Shown here: positions 19,283 through 28,396 of the stretch, piece after piece | Numbering within the stretch: the first letter of the stretch is position 1 | How the letters are laid out: each line of letters begins with the position of its first letter | DNA from: Deltaproteobacteria bacterium | Lineage (GTDB): Bacteria > Bdellovibrionota > Bacteriovoracia > Bacteriovoracales > Bacteriovoracaceae | Assembly (NCBI GenBank): GCA_006226755.1 | Contig: SBGE01000081.1 | Location: forward strand, 1 to 61,307 | Reading direction: 5' to 3' | DNA: 61,307 nt | Translations under genes and position numbers: made by a program | The notes under the pieces: generated by a model | The model's input: only the letters and a program-made list of their open reading frames with translations | Databases searched by the model: none | Told to the model about the DNA's origin: nothing

Positions 19283-20121
19283 AAATTACGGTAGTCATAC
19301 CTACATATAACCGAGCTTATGTTCTGGAGAGAGCAATCAATTCTGTTTTGAATCAAAGTTATGCTCCTCATGAAGTCATTGTTGTCGATGATGGTTCAAC
19401 TGACGACACTCAAGATGTTTTGAATCAATATAAGAATATTCCTTACATGAAAGTGATCACTACTGAAAATCGAGGTGTTTCTGCCGCAAGAAATACTGCA
19501 ATAAAAGCTGCAAGTGGCGATTGGATTGCTCTTTTAGATAGTGATGATGAATGGCTCTCTCATAAACTGGAAACTCAGGTCGAATTTTTGAAAGAGAATG
19601 AGCATTTACCATTAGTTCATGGAGAAGAAATCTGGATTCGTAATGGGAAAAGAGTTAATCAAAAGAAGATTCATCAAAAACACGGAGGAAGTATTTTTCA
19701 ACGTTGTTTGCCGCTGTGTTTGATTTCACCTTCTGCTTCATTGATCAGAAAAGATGTCCTCGAGGAACTTGGGAATTTTGATGAGGAATTTGAAGTCTGT
19801 GAAGATTACGACTTATGGCTCAAACTAACCAGCTTGTATGATGTGGGTTATATCGAAGAACCCATCATCACCAAGTATGGGGGACACGAAGATCAGCTTT
19901 CAAGGAAGTTCAAAGCAATGGATTTTTGGAGGTTGAAATCTTTGATGAGAATTCTTGAGATTCGAAATCTATCCAACGTTGATAGGAAGGCAGTGCTGGA
20001 AGAAGTCATCAAGAAGGGTGAAATCCTAAAAATGGGTTATATGAAACACAAAAATATGGAAAATTATGCTGTCGTAGATGCCTGGGTTGGTTTTGCAAAA
20101 AGTGTGCTTTCAAGTTTGTGA
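19279..20121 (+). CDS. family 2 glycosyltransferase
   Basis: ATGA overlap with the AKR gene. VVIPTYNRAYVLERAINSVLNQSY..VIVVDDGSTDDT and the DSDD motif are present. Confidence 0.85.
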   Translation: MKITVVIPTYNRAYVLERAINSVLNQSYAPHEVIVVDDGSTDDTQDVLNQYKNIPYMKVITTENRGVSAARNTAIKAASGDWIALLDSDDEWLSHKLETQVEFLKENEHLPLVHGEEIWIRNGKRVNQKKIHQKHGGSIFQRCLPLCLISPSASLIRKDVLEELGNFDEEFEVCEDYDLWLKLTSLYDVGYIEEPIITKYGGHEDQLSRKFKAMDFWRLKSLMRILEIRNLSNVDRKAVLEEVIKKGEILKMGYMKHKNMENYAVVDAWVGFAKSVLSSL

Positions 20122-21258
20122 CTAATTAAACCACATCGGTTTGTCTTCTACTTTCCTGATCGATTTGACTTCACCTAGTTTTAGCTCTTCTGTCTTTCGA
20201 AAGAAAATCTCAAGTGATCTCTCCCAAGGAGAGTTTTCTAGTTTTCCATCAAGAAATGAAATCAAGTGAGGGAGTAGCTGTTGACAAAAATCATCACTGG
20301 ATTCCCTTGGAAGCAGTGAAGGCAGATGATCAATTGCCGTAATCTCGAGGAGTTCATCCTCTCTTAGAATACTGACCGGTTTATCCATAGTTGTTCCCTC
20401 TGAATAAATAGGCAAAGGGTTACATGGACCAGTTGGATCACAACTTATATCACTGATGGCCGTGAGGTTTCTCTCTTCCTCATCAATGATTTCATCTGTA
20501 AGCCATGGGGTAACCTTGTCTTTCATCAAGGCCGTATTTATTAAAAGATCAAATTCAAGGATTTCCTTAATGGCCCCTCTACCTTTGGTATCTTTAGATC
20601 CCCATAGAGTGGCGTTGATGTCGAGACTTTCCAAAAGTTTTTGAGCACCAATTCCACAGCGGCCGTTTGCCCCAATGATTAGAACAGATGGTTTTCTTCC
20701 AACTTTATCAAGACGTCGAGACATTTCCTCGGCCATCGTCACACTATTTTCGTAAGGGGTTAGAGGTGCTTCGTCATTAAGACTTTCATTCAATTGTGAA
20801 GCGGCCCACATAGCGACGCCTAGAGCAGCTCCAGTGTATCCCGCCCAAACTCCAAAGGCAGCGATTCTTCTTTTGTTTTCATCAACTAGGTATTCAAGGT
20901 CATAAAGCAGGCCTCCACCTCTCGCAAAACGAGTAAGTGTTTCTTTGCTTCCTACTTGTCCTTTGTAGCAGTGAGCGAAATGGATATGCCTGTGAATCAA
21001 AGGAAAAGAATTGTTTTCCAATTCTTTGAGGCCGATGATAATGGCACTTTCTGGTGCTTGAGTAATCCAAGAATTCATCGGAGCTATAATTGCTCCAACT
21101 TCCTTGTACTCATTTATGGGATAAATCCTGGTAGGTGATTCTTCCACCACCACATCATGGCCAGCATCTAGAATGGCCTTTACTCCTAATGGAGTCAGTG
21201 CCGTTCGTTCTTCGAATGGTTTGGTTTCGTGGCGTAGCCACAGGGTAGATTTCCGCAT
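20122..21258 (-). CDS. saccharopine dehydrogenase (NAD+, L-lysine-forming; Lys1-type)
   Basis: The N-terminus LWLRHETKPFEERTALTP closely parallels fungal Lys1. A Rossmann GANGRCG motif is present. Confidence 0.85.
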   Translation of the reverse strand: MRKSTLWLRHETKPFEERTALTPLGVKAILDAGHDVVVEESPTRIYPINEYKEVGAIIAPMNSWITQAPESAIIIGLKELENNSFPLIHRHIHFAHCYKGQVGSKETLTRFARGGGLLYDLEYLVDENKRRIAAFGVWAGYTGAALGVAMWAASQLNESLNDEAPLTPYENSVTMAEEMSRRLDKVGRKPSVLIIGANGRCGIGAQKLLESLDINATLWGSKDTKGRGAIKEILEFDLLINTALMKDKVTPWLTDEIIDEEERNLTAISDISCDPTGPCNPLPIYSEGTTMDKPVSILREDELLEITAIDHLPSLLPRESSDDFCQQLLPHLISFLDGKLENSPWERSLEIFFRKTEELKLGEVKSIRKVEDKPMWFN

Positions 21259-21411
21259 GTGGAAATCACCTTAACGCAAATAGTCTTATAAGTGAAGGGA
21301 AGCGGTAATATTTCTGCACATAAGTATGTATTTAAGTAATTAAAACTATATGAAATTAGGTTGGATCTGCTTACTAAGGAATAATAATTCTCATTAATTT
21401 GAAAAAAAGAT

Positions 21412-21452
21412 AAAAAAAAAGGTAGCTCCGGGGGAAAGAGCTACCCTTTTTT
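21412..21452. terminator. strong bidirectional rho-independent terminator
   Basis: A9, then GGTAGCTC-CGGGGGAAA-GAGCTACC, then C and T6. Confidence 0.65.
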
Positions 21453-21670
21453 CGAGGTGATAGGGGGGGAAAGAACCTATTCAACTACATCTACTTCAGC
21501 TTCAACATCAACTTTAACAACTACAACTTTCGCTTCAGTAAGAACTTCAATTTCAACTTTAACTTTTCGCTTCTGCTACAACTTCAACTGTGTACAACTT
21601 CTGCAGGTAACGATTCACATGAGCTTTAACTTTCGCTTCAACATCTGCTCTAGCGCCCTATGCTTTCTAC
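21453..21670 (-). ncRNA. ORF-less repeat-rich transcription unit (candidate sRNA or decayed/frameshifted small gene)
   Basis: It is bounded by a sigma54-like promoter and the terminator. It contains three copies of GAAGCGAAA(A)GTT and shows codon-like periodicity, but I found no intact start codon plus frame. Confidence 0.3.
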
Positions 21671-21680
21671 TATTTAATAA

Positions 21681-21697
21681 TGCACAGCATGTGCCAA
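21681..21697 (-). promoter_or_regulatory. sigma54-type -24/-12 promoter candidate
   Basis: The minus strand reads TTGGCACATGCTGTGCA. GG and GC are spaced exactly as in the TGGCAC-N5-TTGC consensus. Confidence 0.4.
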
Positions 21698-21794
21698 TTT
21701 GAAATGAGCTTAACTCTCTGAAATTATGTTGATCTAGCTGTCTAGGGCCTTGACATTGACTACAAAATAGACAATTTTCGGGGTCTTTGGAGGA

Positions 21795-22778
21795 GTGATG
21801 ATCCTATTTCATCCAGAACTTTCTCCCCGTTGGGGCGAATATGGCATATTGATTCCGCTTCGAGATGATCGCAGCAAACGAGTTTATGAACACTTGCGAA
21901 CCCTTGGTAAAAAGGGATTGATCGAGTTGGATAGAAACGGACTCAAGCTTCTGAACAAGTCTGATCTTGAACGTGCTCATAGCTCTGATTTTGTCGAGAA
22001 ATTGTACGGTGATCAATTAGAGTCGGAGATTCTGGAGTGCTTTGAATTAATCGATTCAAAAGGGAAGTATCATCGCTATAACCCGGCCCTGGCCAAAAGG
22101 GACTGGAAAGACTTTTTCCAAAGTATTCTCCATCACGCCTCGGCCAGTAAGTTTTCCATGGAAAAAGCCTTGGAAGACAAAGGTTTCACGTTTTTCTTGG
22201 GCGGAGGAATGCACCACGCTCGTTCAGATAAAGGCAGTGGCTTTTGCCTTATCAATGATATCGTAATCGGGCTTCGCGCCCTACAGGCAGAGAATAAAAT
22301 TAAATCGGCCTGGGTTATTGATACTGATGCTCACAAAGGTGACGGGACTGCCGAAATTACTTGTAAAGATCCAAGTATTAAAACTTTGTCTATTCATATG
22401 AAGAAAGGGTGGCCATTAGATCACCCGGAGCTTAATCATCCCTCTAAGATTCCAAGCGATGTTGATATTGAAATGGATGTTGATGAAGAGGAGTTCTATC
22501 TTGAAAGGTTGAGACAAGGACTCAATCACCTATGGACTCTTTCTCTGGATAAACCGGATTTTGTTGTCGTTAATGCCGGTGTTGATCCTTACGAACTAGA
22601 TGAGCTTCCCAGTACCAAGCTATTGAAACTTTCTAAAGAACAAATGCTTGAGAGAGATCTTTTGGTTTATCGTTTTTTCAAAGAAAGAAACATCCCCCAG
22701 TGTTGGCTTATGTCCGGTGGTTATGGACAATACAGCTGGGAGATTTATTCTCAGTTTCTCGAATCAATTCTAGAGTAG
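21795..22778 (+). CDS. histone-deacetylase-family (arginase/deacetylase superfamily) amidohydrolase
   Basis: GGGMHHARSDKGSGFCLINDIVIG and DTDAHKGDGT motifs are present, with GGAGGA upstream of the start. Confidence 0.85.
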   Translation: MMILFHPELSPRWGEYGILIPLRDDRSKRVYEHLRTLGKKGLIELDRNGLKLLNKSDLERAHSSDFVEKLYGDQLESEILECFELIDSKGKYHRYNPALAKRDWKDFFQSILHHASASKFSMEKALEDKGFTFFLGGGMHHARSDKGSGFCLINDIVIGLRALQAENKIKSAWVIDTDAHKGDGTAEITCKDPSIKTLSIHMKKGWPLDHPELNHPSKIPSDVDIEMDVDEEEFYLERLRQGLNHLWTLSLDKPDFVVVNAGVDPYELDELPSTKLLKLSKEQMLERDLLVYRFFKERNIPQCWLMSGGYGQYSWEIYSQFLESILE

Positions 22779-24137
22779 GACTTCGTGAGGAAGAACTCTC
22801 TTTAATGGTCTGAAATAGGTTTTGGGAGAGTACTTCAAAAGATCTGAAACCTTTTGCATGTAAATACAAGCGTACTTTTCTACTTGATCGGCAAAGCGAC
22901 TTTCCTCTTGTCCTGCTCTCATCATTTCTCCCCAGGTCGGGTTGAAATGGCTTCGGTATTTTACCAGCAACTCCGAAATGCTGCTGTTTACTTTTTCAAT
23001 CTCAGCAAAAAGCTTGTTGATTTCTTGTTTACTAACTTCCTCGTTTTCTTCTTTCTTTTTGAGATCAAGTTCATTGAGCTTGGTTTCAAGATCTTCTTTA
23101 TGATTCATAAGCTCATTAATTTCATTTTGAATAGGAGTGGATTTGATAATGGAATCGACCTCTTCAGTCAGAGGATCGAGCACCATTCCAGTTCTCCAGT
23201 TAAAAGTCTTTTTAATCGAGACCACATCACCATAAATATGGTCACCCAAATAAAGAATTTCATCTCCTTCAAGACCTAGATCTTTTTGAAGTTTACCTGC
23301 GTGTCCTCCTTGGTAGATACCGGATGTGACAGGGCCTTCATGGTTTGACATCAATCCGGTTTCCGGATCAACGGCCAGAAATCTGTTTCGATTGGTGAAG
23401 AAGCCAGGCTTTCCTGAGAGCGTAATAGTAATGTCAAACAAGTCCTTCCAGGATTTATGCTCCTTCAAAAAAGGAGTGATTGTGTAGTCGAGAAGGAGTT
23501 GTGAGTATGAAAAGTCTGAGTTGGTAATGACCATCAGTTTTTTTCCATACTTTTTGTAACGTTCAAATAGGTTGGCAATCTCAGGGTCCTGAATAATATA
23601 TTTTGAGATGTTATTTTTTACTTCTGCCTTGAGGGTTCCGTCAGCATGGGCAAGGTCGAGAACCTCTTTTATATCTTCAGCAAGTGTATCATATGAAGGA
23701 AGATCTACTCCTTGGTCTTTGAGGTCAACCAGTTGACCAAACAGGACTCCGTTTGAAATGGAAAAGGATGTATCCAAACTCTGTATGTTCACATCATTCA
23801 AATCGATCACGCGATTTGAATAAATTTTTTGTTGGGTCTGATAGTCCATTAGTTTGGTACCATGGGTGGCAGACTTCACTTTACCAAATCGAGATACTTT
23901 AAGAATGTTTCCACGTTTCCGATCAATAACCAGTCCTTGAATCACTAAATTAAAATCAAATTTCAATTTCTTGATGTCTTTCGGATAACTTTTCTCGGTT
24001 ATCAGTTTTTCGATGACAGAAGTGTAGGTGAAGGATTCAAAGGCTTCTGAATTATAGCGAACGATAGTGTAATCCATGTCAAAGCCAATGGCCTTGATAC
24101 GTTTCATATTCAGTGTTCTATTTATGTAGATTCCCAT
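22770..24137 (-). CDS. HAD-IG cytosolic purine 5'-nucleotidase (cN-II-like) with a C-terminal coiled coil
   Basis: IYINRTLNMKRIKAIGFDMDYTIVRY matches the cN-II N-terminal HAD motif I region. Confidence 0.85.
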   Translation of the reverse strand: MGIYINRTLNMKRIKAIGFDMDYTIVRYNSEAFESFTYTSVIEKLITEKSYPKDIKKLKFDFNLVIQGLVIDRKRGNILKVSRFGKVKSATHGTKLMDYQTQQKIYSNRVIDLNDVNIQSLDTSFSISNGVLFGQLVDLKDQGVDLPSYDTLAEDIKEVLDLAHADGTLKAEVKNNISKYIIQDPEIANLFERYKKYGKKLMVITNSDFSYSQLLLDYTITPFLKEHKSWKDLFDITITLSGKPGFFTNRNRFLAVDPETGLMSNHEGPVTSGIYQGGHAGKLQKDLGLEGDEILYLGDHIYGDVVSIKKTFNWRTGMVLDPLTEEVDSIIKSTPIQNEINELMNHKEDLETKLNELDLKKKEENEEVSKQEINKLFAEIEKVNSSISELLVKYRSHFNPTWGEMMRAGQEESRFADQVEKYACIYMQKVSDLLKYSPKTYFRPLKRVLPHEVLL

Positions 24138-24268
24138 TGGTTTCTCTTTTGTGCATTGTGTTTTATTTCAATATTCTACCTTAATCCTGCTTCGAAACCC
24201 CGTCAACTTGACTGGCTAGATTGCTGTTTTACTAGTAAAATTTTCAGGTCTACTGATTAGGAGTAACC

Positions 24269-25060
24269 ATGAGCATCAAATTTCTACCATTGCTAACTAT
24301 TATATCTCTTTTCTTTGCCCACCCTGCTTTGTCCAAAGAGACGCCAGAACAAAAGGGTCTTCGAATTGCCAAGATGACTAGAGATATGAATGAAGGCTTT
24401 AAGGGTGAAACAGCAGAAATGGAGATGACTCTTATCGATGCCTACAATGCCAAAACGGTCAGAGAGATGACGAGTAAAGTTATGGAAGATGATAAGGAAG
24501 GGGATAAGTCTTTAATGGTCTTCTTGAACCCTAAGGATGTGAAAGGGACAAAAATGCTGACTCATTCTCATAAGAATGATGACGATGACCAATGGTTGTT
24601 TCTTCCATCGCTTAGAAGGGTGAAAAGGATTTCTTCGAGAAACAAATCAAGTTCTTTCATGGGAAGCGAGTTTTCTTATGAGGATCTGGGGTCCCAAGAA
24701 ATTGAAAAATATAATTACAAATGGATCAAAGACGGCAAAACCAAAAGCGGTGAAAAACTTTGGATTCTCGAAAGAGTTCCAAAGAAGAAGTCTGGTTATA
24801 GCAAAATGGTGATGTACGTTTCACAAACCAAGAACAACCCGGTCAAAATTGATTATTTTGATAGAAAGGGAGAACTACTAAAGACTGCGACATTTTCTGA
24901 TTACAAAGTTTACAAGATCGGAAACAAGAACATTTACCGCGCTCATAAGATACACATGAAAAATATTCAAACCAAGAAACAATCTATCTTCTCATGGAAG
25001 AACAGAAAGCTTGGGGTTGATCATAAGGACCGTGACTTCGATACAAGGTCACTTAAATAA
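24269..25060 (+). CDS. LolA-like outer-membrane lipoprotein-sorting family protein
   Basis: Signal peptide, plus QWLFLPSLRRVKRISSRNKSSSFMGSEFSYEDL, which is typical of this family. Confidence 0.7.
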   Translation: MSIKFLPLLTIISLFFAHPALSKETPEQKGLRIAKMTRDMNEGFKGETAEMEMTLIDAYNAKTVREMTSKVMEDDKEGDKSLMVFLNPKDVKGTKMLTHSHKNDDDDQWLFLPSLRRVKRISSRNKSSSFMGSEFSYEDLGSQEIEKYNYKWIKDGKTKSGEKLWILERVPKKKSGYSKMVMYVSQTKNNPVKIDYFDRKGELLKTATFSDYKVYKIGNKNIYRAHKIHMKNIQTKKQSIFSWKNRKLGVDHKDRDFDTRSLK

Positions 25061-26370
25061 TGCAGAAGTTCTTCTTCTCCTTTCTATTACTTCTCTCTGG
25101 AGCTGCACTTGCTCAGGATGAATATTCCGGACAAGGTCAGGTTTCGTTGGAGTTTAGGCAGTTCGAAAAAGATCAGAGTGAACTAACTGAAGATACCAAT
25201 ATTTCAATTTTTTCAAGAATCGAACAACGCTATAAAAGTGATCCATTTGAACATGTCTTCAGAGGATATGCTAGGGTCGACAAGAAAGATCAGAATCGTT
25301 CTTTTGTTGCCTTGGAAGATGCTTACTTCTCAGCTTTTTTAGCAGAAGAATATAAGATTTTAGCGGGCTACAAGCTCTTTAATTGGACGGCCACAGAGGC
25401 ATTCCATCCGGCCGATGTCATAAACTCGAGAAATTTCGACAGTAACCTTGAGAATCTTGAGAAGAAAGGCGAGCTGACGATTGAGTTTGAAGTACCTTTT
25501 TTCAATGGAGCAATGGCCTTTTATTATTTTCCACGTTTTGAAGAACCAGAGTATCCAGGGGAGAGATCAAGGCTTAGTAGTGTAACTTTGCAAAGGTCAG
25601 TTGTCGTTGATGGAACGGATTACACGACAAATGAGTATTGGACCAACCAATATGGTTTCCGTCTTACTCAAGTCATAATGGATGCCGATATAAGCCTTCA
25701 CTACTTGAATCATATTGATAGAAACATGCCTCTGGTAGGGACGACCAATTACACAACGATTCTAGGAAGTCTGACACCACTGACCTCTCAGGTAACTCCT
25801 TATTACTATCGAAAAACTCAGGTTGGTGGAACCTATCAGCAGGTTTTTGGAGATCTTATTCTCAAATTAGAATTTGCCCATCGTACTTTCGAGCAGGATA
25901 CCAAAGTATTAACTGCTAAAAGTGCTGTTCTTAAATCTCAAGGAGCTGGGGCCTATGAGACTAAGTTCATTGAGAATCATACTGAAGCCGCTTTTGGACT
26001 TGAGTATGTGATGTCTTTACCAGGTGGAATTGATGGAAACTTCTTCCTTGAAGGAAATGGGATTTTTGGAGTAGACGAGGTTGAAAGGCAAGAGCGTTCG
26101 ACTTTTCAAAGAGACATTATGGTGGGATTCAGATTGGCCTTCAACGATGTGATGGGAAGTGAAATCTATACAACTTTGATTACCGATATAGAAAGAGATT
26201 CAGAATATCTTATTAACTTCAAGTACTCTCGAAGGCTAAGTGATAATTGGAAATTTGATGGGGGGATTCGCATCATTGAGGCTCCTCAAAAAAATCCAGC
26301 GATCAAAGAGGGGCTTGAGGTTCTTGATGGCGACAGTTATATCTTTACCAACCTTACTAGATATTTTTAA
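25060..26370 (+). CDS. outer-membrane beta-barrel protein, unknown function
   Basis: TAATG coupling to the upstream gene, a signal peptide, alternating beta patterns and a C-terminal ...LTRYF. Confidence 0.65.
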   Translation: MQKFFFSFLLLLSGAALAQDEYSGQGQVSLEFRQFEKDQSELTEDTNISIFSRIEQRYKSDPFEHVFRGYARVDKKDQNRSFVALEDAYFSAFLAEEYKILAGYKLFNWTATEAFHPADVINSRNFDSNLENLEKKGELTIEFEVPFFNGAMAFYYFPRFEEPEYPGERSRLSSVTLQRSVVVDGTDYTTNEYWTNQYGFRLTQVIMDADISLHYLNHIDRNMPLVGTTNYTTILGSLTPLTSQVTPYYYRKTQVGGTYQQVFGDLILKLEFAHRTFEQDTKVLTAKSAVLKSQGAGAYETKFIENHTEAAFGLEYVMSLPGGIDGNFFLEGNGIFGVDEVERQERSTFQRDIMVGFRLAFNDVMGSEIYTTLITDIERDSEYLINFKYSRRLSDNWKFDGGIRIIEAPQKNPAIKEGLEVLDGDSYIFTNLTRYF

Positions 26371-26876
26371 TGGCCTCTGGAAAGTTTCATGACAAAGTTA
26401 ACTTGGGGACTGGTGCAATTTTAACAGGTCTTCTCATCGGACTCGAAAGAAGTTTTCCCGTCGTGATCAGTTTTGTTATCGGTTGGTTATTTGCCACACT
26501 CATTTTTTCTCCTGATACAGATGTGATGCCAAAGAAAAGATCGGGAGTTCTTCAGTTTTTTCTTTATCCTTACTCAATACTTTTCAAGCATCGTGGACTT
26601 AGTCATATGATTCTGGTTGGTACTATTCTTCGCATTGTTTATGGCCTGATCGTTTTTAGTATTATGCTTTTTGTCCTCAATGGAATGGGCCATATCAGTT
26701 TTGGAGCTTCACATTTTTTCAGTGGAGTTTTTGATTTTCTTAAGGCCTTCGATTATCACCTGATTCAGTATAAAATTTTTGTTTGGCTTTTCATTGGGAT
26801 GGTTGGAGCTGATCTATGCCACATTTTTTTCGATAAGATCACGAGTTTTTTAAAAAAAATTTTACGTTTCCCCTAA
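26370..26876 (+). CDS. small polytopic membrane protein, putative metal-binding (DUF2227/YdjM-like)
   Basis: TAATG coupling to the upstream gene. The SPDTD...HRGLSH motif is embedded in TM helices. Confidence 0.55.
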   Translation: MASGKFHDKVNLGTGAILTGLLIGLERSFPVVISFVIGWLFATLIFSPDTDVMPKKRSGVLQFFLYPYSILFKHRGLSHMILVGTILRIVYGLIVFSIMLFVLNGMGHISFGASHFFSGVFDFLKAFDYHLIQYKIFVWLFIGMVGADLCHIFFDKITSFLKKILRFP

Positions 26877-26983
26877 AAAAGTTTTATCTAGATCAAAGCC
26901 CATTAAATGTTTAGAGCAAATGCGAACTCCTAACTACGTTAAAAATTATTGATAAATAGTTGTTATTTCTATTTGTTTAGGTG

Positions 26984-27030
26984 TTTCGGGTATATTCAGT
27001 ACCTGATGTTTACCTGCTATCTACCCGAAA
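26984..27030. promoter_or_regulatory. inverted repeat TTTCGGGTA-N29-TACCCGAAA upstream of the XRE gene
   Basis: Perfect 9-bp arms read directly from the sequence. The same core recurs at 28397-28450. Confidence 0.35.
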
Positions 27031-27099
27031 AAAAAGTACCTCAAGGAAGCCTTAAGCCTTATACTGATCAAGGTTATAGCGAATATTGGGAGGCAACTC

Positions 27100-27402
27100 A
27101 TGAGACACTTTGGAAATATTGCTCAGCTTATTAAAACATCAAGACTAAACCACCCAAAAAAGTACAGTCAGACAGAACTGTCGGCTCAGCTTGGTTATAA
27201 GAACGGGCAATTTATCTCAAACATAGAAAGAGGACTTTGTTCTGTTCCAGTGAAGTCATTATCGCAACTAACAAAGACTTTGGATATTGATCCTGAGACT
27301 TTGAAATCAGCTTTATTGAAAGACATGGAAAAGACATTGGATAATTATCTTAAGATGGATCCAGCAACAGCTGCTTCTGCTCCAGATTCCGCTTTCATGT
27401 AA
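27100..27402 (+). CDS. XRE-family helix-turn-helix transcriptional regulator
   Basis: GGGAGG RBS. YSQTELSAQLGYKNGQFISNIERG is an HTH_XRE core. Confidence 0.8.
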   Translation: MRHFGNIAQLIKTSRLNHPKKYSQTELSAQLGYKNGQFISNIERGLCSVPVKSLSQLTKTLDIDPETLKSALLKDMEKTLDNYLKMDPATAASAPDSAFM

Positions 27403-27410
27403 AAATGACT

Positions 27411-28373
27411 TTAGACCTCAAGGTTATTTAAGTAGACCTTGAGGTTGACGGCTTTTCCAGTCAAATCCAATTTCTTCCTGATATTTTTCTTATGAGTTTC
27501 AACTGTTGCAAATGAAAGACCCAGCATTTCAGCAATTTCTTTTCCTTGATAACCTGATTTGATCATTTGACAGACTTTTACTTCTGTTGGGCTTAAGTTC
27601 ATGTTGAATTTGGCGAGTCTTTTATAAAAACTTGAGTTGATATTGGTGATACTCACTTCAAGTTGTTGAATAAGCTCAGGGCAATGACCCTTAGAGCTTT
27701 TCATCTCTGAAATGATGGGAATGATATTTTTTTCTATATTGTTAGCAATATTCTCTTTACTTTGATTTTTCTCATCTTCAAATCGAGTGAGAATGTTCTT
27801 TAAGGCAATGTTTGCTTCTTCAAGCTCTTTTCTTTTTGTGATGAGCTCTTCTTTTGTCTCTTTGATTTCTCCCAGAATATAGGCCTGACTTAGTAAATCA
27901 CTTAGAGTTCCTGCAAAACTAATCTCATTAACGGCCCATTTCCGTTGTTGACCAACATGTTCTAGACAAAGTACACCAAGTGTTTTTTTTCCTTCACGAA
28001 TCCCGTTATCGAGCATAGAAGATATCCCAATTTTATCGAGGTAGTCTTCTGCAAGTTCTCTTGTATCTTTATTCGTTAAGGCATTGTTGGCAATGATAGA
28101 TCGCTTTGCTTGAACGGCCTGCATGTAGTTAGGGTAATCAGAAGTTTTAATTGAAACGTTCTTAAGGTATTTAGCACTATCAATCAAAACGATACTGTTG
28201 AGACTTTTTGCTCCTTCATCGAAAATCCAAACACCGGCCCTTTTCACTTCCATAATCTCACAGGCCTTCTTAACCACTTGTTTGGAAAACTTTACGAATT
28301 CTCCATTTATAAAGGATTCACTTTTGGTCAGTTCTACAATGGCATCGTATTCTTTTTGAAGTTTGTTTTTCAT
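27411..28373 (-). CDS. GAF-domain / LuxR-type HTH transcriptional regulator
   Basis: The C-terminal LSPTEVKVCQMIKSGYQGKEIAEMLGLSFATVETHKKNIRKKL is a LuxR/GerE HTH. The N-terminal ~170 aa look GAF-like, and a coiled-coil linker joins the two. Confidence 0.8.
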   Translation of the reverse strand: MKNKLQKEYDAIVELTKSESFINGEFVKFSKQVVKKACEIMEVKRAGVWIFDEGAKSLNSIVLIDSAKYLKNVSIKTSDYPNYMQAVQAKRSIIANNALTNKDTRELAEDYLDKIGISSMLDNGIREGKKTLGVLCLEHVGQQRKWAVNEISFAGTLSDLLSQAYILGEIKETKEELITKRKELEEANIALKNILTRFEDEKNQSKENIANNIEKNIIPIISEMKSSKGHCPELIQQLEVSITNINSSFYKRLAKFNMNLSPTEVKVCQMIKSGYQGKEIAEMLGLSFATVETHKKNIRKKLDLTGKAVNLKVYLNNLEV

Positions 28374-28396
28374 GGGCCTATCTTACCGTCTCTTTT

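Noticed and set aside
21457-21702. 81-aa plus-strand ORF rich in S/T/F (MIGGERTYSTTSTSASTST...).
   Set aside because: It is low-complexity sequence, the mirror image of a GTT/GAA-periodic minus-strand sequence. It has no RBS, begins just downstream of the terminator hairpin (21421-21452) and runs through the minus-strand promoter-like site. I treat it as an artefact.
26949-27134. 61-aa ORF in the spacer upstream of the XRE gene.
   Set aside because: It starts at a TTG with no RBS, has odd composition, and overlaps both the XRE start and the inverted repeat. It is more likely regulatory DNA.
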